A stretch of DNA of 64,000 nt, from the IMG/VR virus record IMGVR_UViG_3300034101_003554, positions 32,001 to 96,000 of that record. One strand, written 5' to 3'. The translations under genes were made by a program, and so were the position numbers. This DNA comes from a virus. Of this stretch, positions 34,670-44,712 are shown one piece after another. Numbering within the stretch: the stretch's first letter is position 1; each line of letters starts with the position of its first letter. Under the pieces are notes generated by a model. It did not search any database and was not told where the DNA came from. It saw nothing but the letters and a program-made list of their open reading frames with translations.

Positions 34670-36040
34670 ATGGATTATTCTAATAACGATATATTGTTTG
34701 AAAATGACAAATACTTGGCCATTAAATCTCCAAATATGGAAGAGGGTTTAAAAGTAGGTCCAGAATTCTTAACAACAACAAGACATGGTAAAGATGTCTA
34801 TAATAATAGAACAGTATACTTTTTCATTAATAAAGAAGAAAAAGATACTAGATATGGAATTATAACTCTAGCATTTGGAGAATATTTTGAAGTCTATGAT
34901 AATTATGGCGATGATATTCAATTAAGGGATGCTTTCCATTATTTTCCAGATTTAGATAAAACAATTACAGACATAGTCGGTAATGTTGATTTAATAACAA
35001 CATTAATCTTGATTGAGCAGGGGAAAGAATTTGATAAATATAAATTACAGAGGATAGATTCTAATATTGATTATATACAATATAATAAAAAAGTACCAGC
35101 TAATAGTAAAATTTATTTAGAATTTAATGGTGACGCAGGTATTTTGAGTTTAATGGATTTTAATAGTGATGATCTTTATTATATTAATGCTGTTTTAAGT
35201 AGATATGGATATAGTTCTAATTTATGGGAAGGAGATACAGATTACGATTGGAAAGAAGGTAATTTATTACATTATTTTAATGATGGAAGTAATAAACTTT
35301 TGGATAAAATTGTTTCATATATTAAACCTGAATTTTTTAATTGGAGGGATGATTATAATATAAAGGGTGAATTATGTGAATTATTATATAATCAATTTGA
35401 TAATGAAATAAGTAGAATACTAGACGATTATAGTAATCATTATGAACAAGCTGGGATTAATGCACTAAAAGAAGAATTATATAGTGATTTTTGTAATCCA
35501 TTTGATGGATATCAAATACATGTTGTTAAAAGAAATGAAATAGTTAGATGTTTTTATGAATATCGTACTTGGGTTTCACAATTAAAAGATTTATTAATCG
35601 CGACTAATACTAGTACTATTGAAGAGTTGATAACAAAATTATCTGAGTTCGTTGGTGGTGGTTTAAGAACTGAGATTTACGAGTATCCATATCGTGGTGA
35701 ATTTGACACAGAATCTTTTAATAGAGAAGTTGAATACGAACTTGAAAATATAATTGATAAGATTGAAGAAAATCCTGAAAAATATTCCAAGAATCTTAGT
35801 GAGAATTTAAAATTAATACAAATAATTAAAAAGTATCAATTGAATACTCCTGTCAAAATTGATGATGAAAGAGGTTCATTTATTATCACAGGAATTAAAG
35901 ATGGAAAACTTCTTGTAACACACATTAAAAAGAATGGTGAAAAAACAAACAAGAGTTTCAATTTTGAAGAATTTAATAATTTTATGTCAATGGGTGAATT
36001 ATTTGAACATTTAGTTAGAAAATTAAAAAGAATGTTGTAA
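34670..36040 (+). CDS. hypothetical protein
   Basis: long ORF, ATG 34670. Confidence 0.75.
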   Translation: MDYSNNDILFENDKYLAIKSPNMEEGLKVGPEFLTTTRHGKDVYNNRTVYFFINKEEKDTRYGIITLAFGEYFEVYDNYGDDIQLRDAFHYFPDLDKTITDIVGNVDLITTLILIEQGKEFDKYKLQRIDSNIDYIQYNKKVPANSKIYLEFNGDAGILSLMDFNSDDLYYINAVLSRYGYSSNLWEGDTDYDWKEGNLLHYFNDGSNKLLDKIVSYIKPEFFNWRDDYNIKGELCELLYNQFDNEISRILDDYSNHYEQAGINALKEELYSDFCNPFDGYQIHVVKRNEIVRCFYEYRTWVSQLKDLLIATNTSTIEELITKLSEFVGGGLRTEIYEYPYRGEFDTESFNREVEYELENIIDKIEENPEKYSKNLSENLKLIQIIKKYQLNTPVKIDDERGSFIITGIKDGKLLVTHIKKNGEKTNKSFNFEEFNNFMSMGELFEHLVRKLKRML

Positions 36041-36049
36041 TATTGTGTT

Positions 36050-36865
36050 ATGAAACACAATTACGATTTACTCAAAAAGGTTTTGTCCATACCTACCAAG
36101 ACATACAAAGAGGACTTAATGATTCAATTCCTAGGTGAATGGTTAACAGAAAACAACATCCCTTATCAAGTTGATAAGATGGGTAATGTTTATGCGACCA
36201 AACAAACGAATGATATTGAATATTTCCCCTGTGTTGTTGCACATACCGACACAGTACACGAATTGGATACAATCAACATTAAAGAAATGATGTTACCCAA
36301 TGACCAAAAAGAATTAAAACCAGCATTAAAGGCTTTTAATGATAAAGGAGAACCCACGGGTATTGGTGGGGATGACAAATGTGGTGTTTATGTATGTTTG
36401 GAATTATTGAAAAATTTACCAAATGTAAAAGCCGCATTTTTTGTCTCAGAAGAAACTGGTTGTCACGGGTCAAAGAATGCTGATAAAGAGTTTTTCTCAA
36501 ATGTTGGTTATGCTATTCAATTTGACGCTCCAGGTAATTGGATGGTTAGTGAATATTGTATGGGAACAAAATTATTTGATAAGAAGTCTGAATTCTTCAG
36601 CAAATGTGACAAGGTGTTAACTGAGGGATTTGATAACCGAAACAAATACCAATCACATCCTTATACTGATGTTTATGCTCTTAAAAATCAATTTGATTTT
36701 TCTTGTATAAATTTTGCTGTAGGATATTATAACTACCACACAAAACATGAATATGTGATTGTTGAGGATGTTTTTAATACATTGGATATTGCAAAGAAAA
36801 TGATTAATGATTTGGGTAGTGTGAAATATTTTGAGGAAGTTAAATCAAGTAAATTTTTACTATAA
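36050..36865 (+). CDS. M20/M28-family zinc peptidase
   Basis: AHTDTV, GGDDKCG, SEETG, QFD, YH. Confidence 0.85.
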   Translation: MKHNYDLLKKVLSIPTKTYKEDLMIQFLGEWLTENNIPYQVDKMGNVYATKQTNDIEYFPCVVAHTDTVHELDTINIKEMMLPNDQKELKPALKAFNDKGEPTGIGGDDKCGVYVCLELLKNLPNVKAAFFVSEETGCHGSKNADKEFFSNVGYAIQFDAPGNWMVSEYCMGTKLFDKKSEFFSKCDKVLTEGFDNRNKYQSHPYTDVYALKNQFDFSCINFAVGYYNYHTKHEYVIVEDVFNTLDIAKKMINDLGSVKYFEEVKSSKFLL

Positions 36866-36875
36866 AAAAAAGGGA

Positions 36876-38906
36876 CTATTCAGTCCCTTTTTTCTTTTTT
36901 GATTTTTTAACTTCTTTTTCTTTAAACACTATGTTTTCTTCATTGGTTGTGAGTTCATATTTTTCATTCTCAGCAACATTTCCGTTAAGTACTTCCTCCG
37001 ATATGAAATCTTCAATTTTGTCTTGTATGGCTCGTTTTATTGGCCTTGCACCATACGTTTCATCAAATCCAACTTTTGATATTAAATCATAAACAGATTC
37101 ATCACAAGTTATATTATAATTTAATCCATTCAATCTATTAATTAATTTTTCAATTTCAAGTTTTACAATTTGTTTAACTTCTTCTTCTTTCAAAGTATTA
37201 AATACAATAATTTCATCAATACGATTTAAGAACTCTGGGGCAAAAAACTTTTTAAGTTCTTTCTTAAGCATATCCCTTTTTTCTTCTTCCTCAATATAAG
37301 AATTTGAACTTGTTTTAAATCCAACACCAGTTCCAAATTCTTGGAATTTTTTAACCCCAAGATTGGAGGTCATAATTATGATACAATTTTTGAAATTGAT
37401 TTTTCTTCCCAATCCATCAGTAAGATGTCCATCATCCAACACTTGAAGTAATGTTGAGAATACATCTTTATTCGCCTTTTCAATTTCATCAAATAGAATA
37501 ACTGAATATGGTTTATTTTTAACTTGTTCAGTTAATTGTCCACCTTCATCATAACCAACATAACCTGGAGGTGAACCAATCAATCTTGATATTGAATGTT
37601 TTTCTTGGAATTCTGACATATCAACTCGGATAAGGTTTTCTTCACTACCGAATATTTCTTTGGCCAATTGTTTTGCTAAATACGTTTTACCCACACCAGT
37701 TGAACCCAAGAAAATAAATGAACCTATAGGTTTACTTGGGTCTTTGATACCAAGTCTATTTCTACGGATTGATTTGGCAATTTTGGATACAGCTTCAGAT
37801 TGACCAATGACTTTGGAAGATAGATTATCAGCCAATGATGAAAGTTTATTTGTTTCATCTGAGTTCATTTTTGATACGGGTATTTTGGTCATATTAGATA
37901 CAACTTCATATACCAATTCAAATGAAATATCTTTCTTCTTGGTTAATAAATCAGATTCAAATTTTTTCTTTTCTGATTCTAATTTATCCAATATTTTTGT
38001 TTCTTTATCTCGTAAATCTGCAGCTTGTTCATAATTTTGACTTTTAACAACCTCAATCTTTTGTTGTTTAATATCCAACGCTTGAAGTTTCAAGTCTTCA
38101 ATTATTTTAGGCATTTTTATTTCCACTTGACTTCTTGCTCCAACTTCATCAATAATGTCAAAAGCTTTATCAGGGAATTCTCTATCTGTGATATATCTTT
38201 CAGCCAAATCAACACAAAGTTTTAGAATATCATCACTATAATTTACTTTATGATAATTTTCATATTTGTCTTTAACATTAATTAGTATCTGTAAGGTTTC
38301 TTCTTTTGTAGATGGGTCAACAATTACTTTTTGGAAACGTCTTTCTAATGCCCCATCTTTTTCAAAATTCTTTCTATATTCATCCAATGTTGTCGCACCA
38401 ATACATTGTATTTCACCCCGGGCCAAAGCTGGTTTAAATATGTTTGAGGCATCCAATGAACCTGATGAATTCCCAGCACCAACAATTTGGTGTATTTCAT
38501 CAATGAAAAGAATTATGTTTGGGGCAGATTGTAGTTCTTCAATGATAACTTTCATTCTTTCTTCAAATTGTCCACGATATTTTGTTCCCGCAACAATAGA
38601 TGTCATATCCAAAGACATAATTCTTTTATCCATCAAATTTCTTGGACATTCCCCATTCAATATTTTTAAAGCCAAACCTTCCACTATGGCAGTTTTACCA
38701 CAACCAGGTTCACCTATTATGATTGGGTTATTCTTTTTTCTTCTTGATAATATTTGAGCAATTCTTGTTATTTCTCTATCTCTACCTACCACGGGATCTA
38801 ATTTTCCTTCTTCGGCAAGTTTGATTAAATCCTTTGCAAAGTTATTTAACACTGGGGTATCACCTTTACCTTTTGTTGAGTAATCTCCATCTTTTGATTC
38901 TATCAT
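36876..38906 (-). CDS. clpC: ClpC-like Hsp100 ATPase lacking the N-domain
   Basis: two Walker A motifs (GEPGCGKT, GSTGVGKT), UVR-type M domain AADLRD, VGF ClpP-docking loop. Confidence 0.9.
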   Translation of the reverse strand: MIESKDGDYSTKGKGDTPVLNNFAKDLIKLAEEGKLDPVVGRDREITRIAQILSRRKKNNPIIIGEPGCGKTAIVEGLALKILNGECPRNLMDKRIMSLDMTSIVAGTKYRGQFEERMKVIIEELQSAPNIILFIDEIHQIVGAGNSSGSLDASNIFKPALARGEIQCIGATTLDEYRKNFEKDGALERRFQKVIVDPSTKEETLQILINVKDKYENYHKVNYSDDILKLCVDLAERYITDREFPDKAFDIIDEVGARSQVEIKMPKIIEDLKLQALDIKQQKIEVVKSQNYEQAADLRDKETKILDKLESEKKKFESDLLTKKKDISFELVYEVVSNMTKIPVSKMNSDETNKLSSLADNLSSKVIGQSEAVSKIAKSIRRNRLGIKDPSKPIGSFIFLGSTGVGKTYLAKQLAKEIFGSEENLIRVDMSEFQEKHSISRLIGSPPGYVGYDEGGQLTEQVKNKPYSVILFDEIEKANKDVFSTLLQVLDDGHLTDGLGRKINFKNCIIIMTSNLGVKKFQEFGTGVGFKTSSNSYIEEEEKRDMLKKELKKFFAPEFLNRIDEIIVFNTLKEEEVKQIVKLEIEKLINRLNGLNYNITCDESVYDLISKVGFDETYGARPIKRAIQDKIEDFISEEVLNGNVAENEKYELTTNEENIVFKEKEVKKSKKKKGTE

Positions 38907-39061
38907 ATTTTTCTTTTTAATTAATTATAATATTTATTTTTACATTTTCAACTATGATAAACTGACAATTTGTTAATATTATTTTTATTCTTGACTAGTT
39001 AATTTAATTGATATATAATTGAATTATAACAATAAAAATAAACTTTAAAAAATATATTATT

Positions 39062-39496
39062 ATGAACGGAAAAGATTTTCATAAAAGATTCGAGGAATTT
39101 TTCAATCAATTTTTCAATCAAGACAATCAAAAATTTAATACGCCTATGGATGGATTTTTAAAAGCATTAAATCCAGATGACATTTCAAAAGAAATGAAGA
39201 AATATAGAAAATCGATTAAAGAATCTAATGATGGGTTATTTACAACTATTAGTTTCATTTTTACTAATCCACCATTTAGTGATAAGAGTGAAGCTAATGA
39301 GTTGAAATCTAAATTAGATGAATGTGTATCAAATCAAGATTTTGAGGAAGCAGCAAGATTAAGAGATAAAATTAAAGAACTTGAAAATAACTCATCTAAG
39401 GTTAAAGATTTGAAAAAAGAGTTAGATATTGCAATTAAAGAACAAAATTTTGAAAGGGCAATTGAAATCCGAGATGAATTAAAAAAAATAAACTAA
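39062..39496 (+). CDS. protein with two UVR (UvrB/C) motifs
   Basis: QDFEEAARLRDKIK and QNFERAIEIRDELK. Confidence 0.8.
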   Translation: MNGKDFHKRFEEFFNQFFNQDNQKFNTPMDGFLKALNPDDISKEMKKYRKSIKESNDGLFTTISFIFTNPPFSDKSEANELKSKLDECVSNQDFEEAARLRDKIKELENNSSKVKDLKKELDIAIKEQNFERAIEIRDELKKIN

Positions 39497-39538
39497 TCAT
39501 AACCCCTCGTAATTGAGGGGTTTTTAAATTTAAAAATT

Positions 39539-39781
39539 ATGGCAATATTAAGAGAAGAAATCAGAGGTACAAAAATTATTAATGAAATTCAGTCAAGTAA
39601 TATTAGAAAGACAGAATTTGATACAGAATCAAAAGAGTTAATTGTGGAATTTAACAACGGACTCATATATTCCTATGAAAATGTTCCTCATCAATTGTAT
39701 ACCCAATTTAGGATGTCGGAATCCCAAGGTAAGTTTTTTAATTCCAAAATAGCAAAAGTATATAAATACAAAAGATTGTGA
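39539..39781 (+). CDS. KTSC-domain protein
   Basis: SSNI..L.VEFNNG.IY.Y.NVP..S.GKFFN. Confidence 0.85.
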   Translation: MAILREEIRGTKIINEIQSSNIRKTEFDTESKELIVEFNNGLIYSYENVPHQLYTQFRMSESQGKFFNSKIAKVYKYKRL

Positions 39782-39813
39782 TAATTATAGTGGTACACTA
39801 ATATTTATCATTT

Positions 39814-41760
39814 ATGGAAAGTTTAAATAAAGTCATATCTAGTTTTAAATTAAATTCAACATTACAACCAAAAATTTGGATTGATGGGGGTTCAAAAATA
39901 AATCCAAATGTTAGAAAAAATTTATTAGAAATAGCATATCAATTCATTGATTCCTTTGGGATGGATGTTGTAATTGATGATATCATAGTAACAGGTTCAA
40001 TTGCAAATTATAATTGGTCAGAGTATTCGGATGTTGATTTACATATTTTGGTAGATTACAAACAGTTTTCAAATAAACTTAAAGATATGTATGTTGAATA
40101 TTTTGATTTAAAAAAAATAGTTTTTAATCAAAAAAGAGACATAAAAATGTTTGGTTATGAGGTTGAGGTTTTTGTTGAAGATACTGATGTAAAAGGTGTA
40201 AGTGGTGGTTTGTATTCTGTATTAAATGATGAATGGATAAAAAAACCAACAAAAGAATCTGTTAAAATTTCAAAAGAAGAAATTATTAAAGGGGCTAAAA
40301 AATGGATGAGTATTATTGATACTTTGATTAAAAACTCTGACGATGATGATATTGAAGGTATTCAAAGTAGTGTTAAAAATTTAAAAAACAAACTCAAAAA
40401 GTTTAGATTAAGTGGTCTTAAGGAAGGAGGTGAGTTAGGGTTACAGAATTTAATATTCAAAGTTTTAAGAAGAAATGGGTATATTGAAAAACTTTATTCA
40501 ATTCCATTACAAAAAATAGATAAAAAACTTTCAATTAAAGAAATTACATTATCATCTCCACTTGAAAACTTGGAGGTTGCTGCTAAATTTGGCGTTGTTA
40601 GACCTGGATTGGATACTACAAGACCACATTCTGGTACAGATTTTAGAGCAAGTACTGGTACACCAATTTATGCCCCAGCTGATGGAACAATAGTTAAAGC
40701 TGATATGGGTGAAAATGGTGGATGTGGGGGTTCAATATTCATTGAACATAGTGATGGTTTAGAAAGTCGATTCTGTCATAGTAGTAAAATTATGGTGAAT
40801 GTTGGTGATATAGTTAAAAGAGGTGAAGTTGTAGGACTTGTAGGTGGTGGACAAGGTGACCCAGGTAGAGGGTTTTCAACAGGTTCACATTTACACTATA
40901 CTTTAGTCAAAAATGGTGAATTGGTTGACCCTATTGACTATATTGATAAAGATTTTGATATACCAAATATTGAGGCTGAAGAATATGAGGCGACAGAATT
41001 AAATATATCTTTAGATAAAATATCCGAAATAAAGGAAAAGATATATGATTATGATTCTAGTTTAGAAGACAATGATGACCCTGAAATTTTGGAGGATTCT
41101 AAACAAAGTAAATTTATGTCAGATTTTTTAAAAATGGTTAAAAGTGATATTGATGTATCTGAAGATGATAAAATTATTACCAATAATCCTGAAGTTGAGC
41201 AAATACAAATAGCTTTACAATTTTTAGAGTATTTAGATTTAAATTATGGTATTGATGGATTTTATGACGAAAAAACAATAAATGCTTTAAATGAATTTAG
41301 AGATGATTTTGATTTACCAAAAACAAGTGAAATAAATAAAGATGATTTATTATATATGTACTATTTGTTATTATACAAATTATTTGATGACACAAAATTA
41401 TCTAGAATAAACAAAACAATTAATTTTGATGAGTTAAAAATAACAAATATAAATAATTTTTATCAAATGGTTTTAATTACTATTGGGGCTGATATAACAT
41501 ATAATAATGTTAATTTTTTAAATGCTTGGAATGATGCAACTTCAATTGGGGGTGAAGAAAATCCATTTGGGTTACCATATAAGAAAGAAAAAAATATATC
41601 AAGTCCTTTGTATAATACAATAGATATTTTAAACACTGTTGAATATAGTTGTGTTAGATTTGGTTTAACAAAAAATAAAAAAATTGATGAAATTTTAAGT
41701 TGTCCTATATTTAGGACTAATGATTTAAAAGAAAAAATTAAAAATTTTTTACATAAATAA
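39814..41760 (+). CDS. nucleotidyltransferase-like + M23 peptidase + PG-binding fusion
   Basis: TGS.ANYNW..SDVDLH; HSGTD..HLH; IDGFYDEKT..ALNEFR. Confidence 0.75.
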   Translation: MESLNKVISSFKLNSTLQPKIWIDGGSKINPNVRKNLLEIAYQFIDSFGMDVVIDDIIVTGSIANYNWSEYSDVDLHILVDYKQFSNKLKDMYVEYFDLKKIVFNQKRDIKMFGYEVEVFVEDTDVKGVSGGLYSVLNDEWIKKPTKESVKISKEEIIKGAKKWMSIIDTLIKNSDDDDIEGIQSSVKNLKNKLKKFRLSGLKEGGELGLQNLIFKVLRRNGYIEKLYSIPLQKIDKKLSIKEITLSSPLENLEVAAKFGVVRPGLDTTRPHSGTDFRASTGTPIYAPADGTIVKADMGENGGCGGSIFIEHSDGLESRFCHSSKIMVNVGDIVKRGEVVGLVGGGQGDPGRGFSTGSHLHYTLVKNGELVDPIDYIDKDFDIPNIEAEEYEATELNISLDKISEIKEKIYDYDSSLEDNDDPEILEDSKQSKFMSDFLKMVKSDIDVSEDDKIITNNPEVEQIQIALQFLEYLDLNYGIDGFYDEKTINALNEFRDDFDLPKTSEINKDDLLYMYYLLLYKLFDDTKLSRINKTINFDELKITNINNFYQMVLITIGADITYNNVNFLNAWNDATSIGGEENPFGLPYKKEKNISSPLYNTIDILNTVEYSCVRFGLTKNKKIDEILSCPIFRTNDLKEKIKNFLHK

Positions 41761-41826
41761 ATAAATGTATTTATTTAACTTGTTATATATTTATATAAAA
41801 ATAATTTCATAAAAAAAAACTAAAAT

Positions 41827-43074
41827 ATGGGAAATTTAAAACCTATCGGTAGTGAAAAATTACAAGGTATAGACAAAATAAAAAGAATGATTGAGATTTC
41901 ACAATATAATCTTAATATTCCACAACCAATCAATGAAGTAACATCAAATGAATTTAAAAAAACATTGTCAGATGGTAACACATATCACATTGTAAAAGAA
42001 AAAAGTGGATATGTTTTAAAGAAAGGAATTAATGAATCTACTGCAGAATATATTGAACCTATAAAAAATAGAAAATATTATCCATCATATTCGCAAGCAT
42101 TAAAAAGACTAAATCTAATAATTAAAGAAGTTAATTCATTGACTGGTTATGATAATAATTTATCATTATTTAATGAGTCTGATGATGTCAAATATTTTTT
42201 GAAATACGGAGAACAAACAGAACAACAACAACCAGCAGGTAGACAACAACCAGCGCCAGCCCCACAACCAGCACCAGCTCCACAACAACCCGCACCTGCA
42301 CCAGCTCTACAACAACCAGCACCATCTGTTGATGGTGAACCTGAGATTGATACAGATATAGACTCTGAAATGGACACTGATATGGATATGGGTGATGAGG
42401 CAGATATGGAAGAACCTATGGATGATACTAGCGGAGAAAAAGAAGAAGTCGTAACATATAAAACAATCCAAAAATTGGTGGGTAAATTAGGACAAAAAAC
42501 AAGAGAATTTTTGTCTAATGAAGAAAATCAAATGGATTCAAATCAAATAAAATATGTTATTAATTCTATTTTATCTGCATTGCCCTTAGATTCACTAGAA
42601 GAAGAAGACAGAGAAGAAATTATGTCAAGTTTTGAAGGTGGTGAAGAAGAAGAAGGTGATATGACTGATATTAGTGGTGAAGAAATGCCTGATATGGGTG
42701 ATGAAGAAGGTTACGAACAAGAACCTATGGATCAACTACCACCACCCCCTCCAGCACCAGAAACTGCGGAATCGTATCACCATAGAAAGATGGGTAGTAG
42801 AAATATAAAAGATAGAACAGATAGGATGAAAGAAGTTATTGAAAATGTTTTTTCTGAATCAAAAGTTGATAGAGTTTTAAAAAAATATTTCAAAAATAAC
42901 AATTTAGCTAAAATTAAAAATTTAACAGAATCATATAAACAAGAAAAAGCGGTATCAAACTTTATGGATAATAATCCAAATGCTAAATTTTTGGGAAAAA
43001 CTTCAAAAGGTCAAATGGTATTTGAAGTTCTCAATGAGAGGTTTTATATTTTTGCAAATGGTAATGTTATATGA
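41827..43074 (+). CDS. hypothetical virion/head protein with QPAPAP repeats
   Basis: late motif upstream; low-complexity linkers. Confidence 0.7.
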   Translation: MGNLKPIGSEKLQGIDKIKRMIEISQYNLNIPQPINEVTSNEFKKTLSDGNTYHIVKEKSGYVLKKGINESTAEYIEPIKNRKYYPSYSQALKRLNLIIKEVNSLTGYDNNLSLFNESDDVKYFLKYGEQTEQQQPAGRQQPAPAPQPAPAPQQPAPAPALQQPAPSVDGEPEIDTDIDSEMDTDMDMGDEADMEEPMDDTSGEKEEVVTYKTIQKLVGKLGQKTREFLSNEENQMDSNQIKYVINSILSALPLDSLEEEDREEIMSSFEGGEEEEGDMTDISGEEMPDMGDEEGYEQEPMDQLPPPPPAPETAESYHHRKMGSRNIKDRTDRMKEVIENVFSESKVDRVLKKYFKNNNLAKIKNLTESYKQEKAVSNFMDNNPNAKFLGKTSKGQMVFEVLNERFYIFANGNVI

Positions 43075-43481
43075 TGTATTTAGTATTTGTTAATGAACTA
43101 GGACCAAATTATAAAGGAGATAATATATACGAATTTATTTTTTCTGATACAATTGATGATATTTGGGGGGAGTCTTGGGAGTCAGCACCATCTAATGGTT
43201 ATCCTCATCCACCAAACATTGAATTGATAAAGAAAGTAGGTGTTTTAAAAAATGATAAAATTGTATTATCTGTCATTCAAAAATCTGATTATTTTTCAAT
43301 GATGGACGCTATTGATGATGTAATTGCGTTGGCTTGGGAAAATGAATCTGAAAGTGTAAATTTTGATGTGAATAAAAGATTGGTTTTTAGATTTGGTGAA
43401 AACATTGAGACAATAAAAAATAAATTATACGAAAGAGACATCGTATTAGAATTTGAAAGGAAAGTGCAATATGAATCTTAA
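43071..43481 (+). CDS. hypothetical protein
   Basis: coupled ORF. Confidence 0.7.
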   Translation: MMYLVFVNELGPNYKGDNIYEFIFSDTIDDIWGESWESAPSNGYPHPPNIELIKKVGVLKNDKIVLSVIQKSDYFSMMDAIDDVIALAWENESESVNFDVNKRLVFRFGENIETIKNKLYERDIVLEFERKVQYES

Positions 43482-44694
43482 TAAAAAAATCGGTTTCTTA
43501 TTAGATAAAGGATTAAATCCTAAATTTATATCTTCATTAAATGAAAACAAAATTAATTTTTTGTTTGAAACAATGTCAAAAAAAGAAAATAAAGAACAAG
43601 TTACGCAAGTACCATCAAAACCTTCATTTAAGGTTGGTGATAAAGGAGGGACATTACCACCAAATGACAAAGGATATGCCATAAAAAAGAATACAGATAA
43701 TACAGTAACCGCAACACCTATGGAATCCGAAATAAAAGAGGATAATATTAAAGAAAAATTTGAATCTAAAGCTCAACAAGGATTATTTTGGGCACGTTGT
43801 AATAAATGTAAAAGTGAAGATTGTAAGTGGTGTAAAATGGCAAAAGAATTTTCAAAAAGTACATCAAAGAAACATCCTGAAAAGACTGTAAAATACAAAA
43901 AGAAAGAAACTAATGAGGAGTTTACTATGGCAAATTATTTTGATAAATTGACTAGTACATATACCAATAATGTAAAAAATAAACTAACTAAAGAAGAGAT
44001 ATTAAATAAACATTTAACAACTCTTGTTGAAAACAATTTAAGACCAACTATGAAAAAAAGAGATTTATTAAAACTAATTGAATCTAAAATCAAACGTAAA
44101 AAAGGTTTGAATGAAGATTTTTATTATGGTAGTGAATTAGGGGAATCATCATATGGTGAACCAATGACATTAGACCCTATGACTACATTTGATACAGAAA
44201 CTGACATTGAAACTAAGAGAGAGTTATCAAAAGTTGCTGAAGTTGAGGATTGTGAAACTGGTCAAACATTTTATATTAAACCAAAAAAATCTACTAGTCC
44301 TAGTGACATTTATATGATTAGTGATGGTGGAAGTAACTATTGTGTTCAAGTTATCAAAATGGTTAAAAAAGAACCTAGTGATTTTAGAATAATTGAATCA
44401 TATAGTGAATGTAATGATTGTATAATAGATTTAAAACTTAATAAAAAAGAAGGAGGTGGTAAATCACAATTTGGGGTAGAGACATCTTATGGTACAGATA
44501 CTAGTAGTGATAGTGGACCTAGAATAAAAAAATTTGGTAAATTTACACCAGATGTTGACAAACATAGTACTATTGATCCAGACACATTAAGGTTACCAAA
44601 AGCTGGTCGTGAAAATACATCAAAATTTACGGCAAGTTTTAGAAGAAACTTGGATAAAATAAATGAAATTTTAAACAGAAGAAATAATATTTAG
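43453..44694 (+). CDS. hypothetical protein
   Basis: 413 aa ORF. Confidence 0.7.
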   Translation: MKGKCNMNLNKKIGFLLDKGLNPKFISSLNENKINFLFETMSKKENKEQVTQVPSKPSFKVGDKGGTLPPNDKGYAIKKNTDNTVTATPMESEIKEDNIKEKFESKAQQGLFWARCNKCKSEDCKWCKMAKEFSKSTSKKHPEKTVKYKKKETNEEFTMANYFDKLTSTYTNNVKNKLTKEEILNKHLTTLVENNLRPTMKKRDLLKLIESKIKRKKGLNEDFYYGSELGESSYGEPMTLDPMTTFDTETDIETKRELSKVAEVEDCETGQTFYIKPKKSTSPSDIYMISDGGSNYCVQVIKMVKKEPSDFRIIESYSECNDCIIDLKLNKKEGGGKSQFGVETSYGTDTSSDSGPRIKKFGKFTPDVDKHSTIDPDTLRLPKAGRENTSKFTASFRRNLDKINEILNRRNNI

Positions 44695-44712
44695 TTATTA
44701 AAATTATATAAA

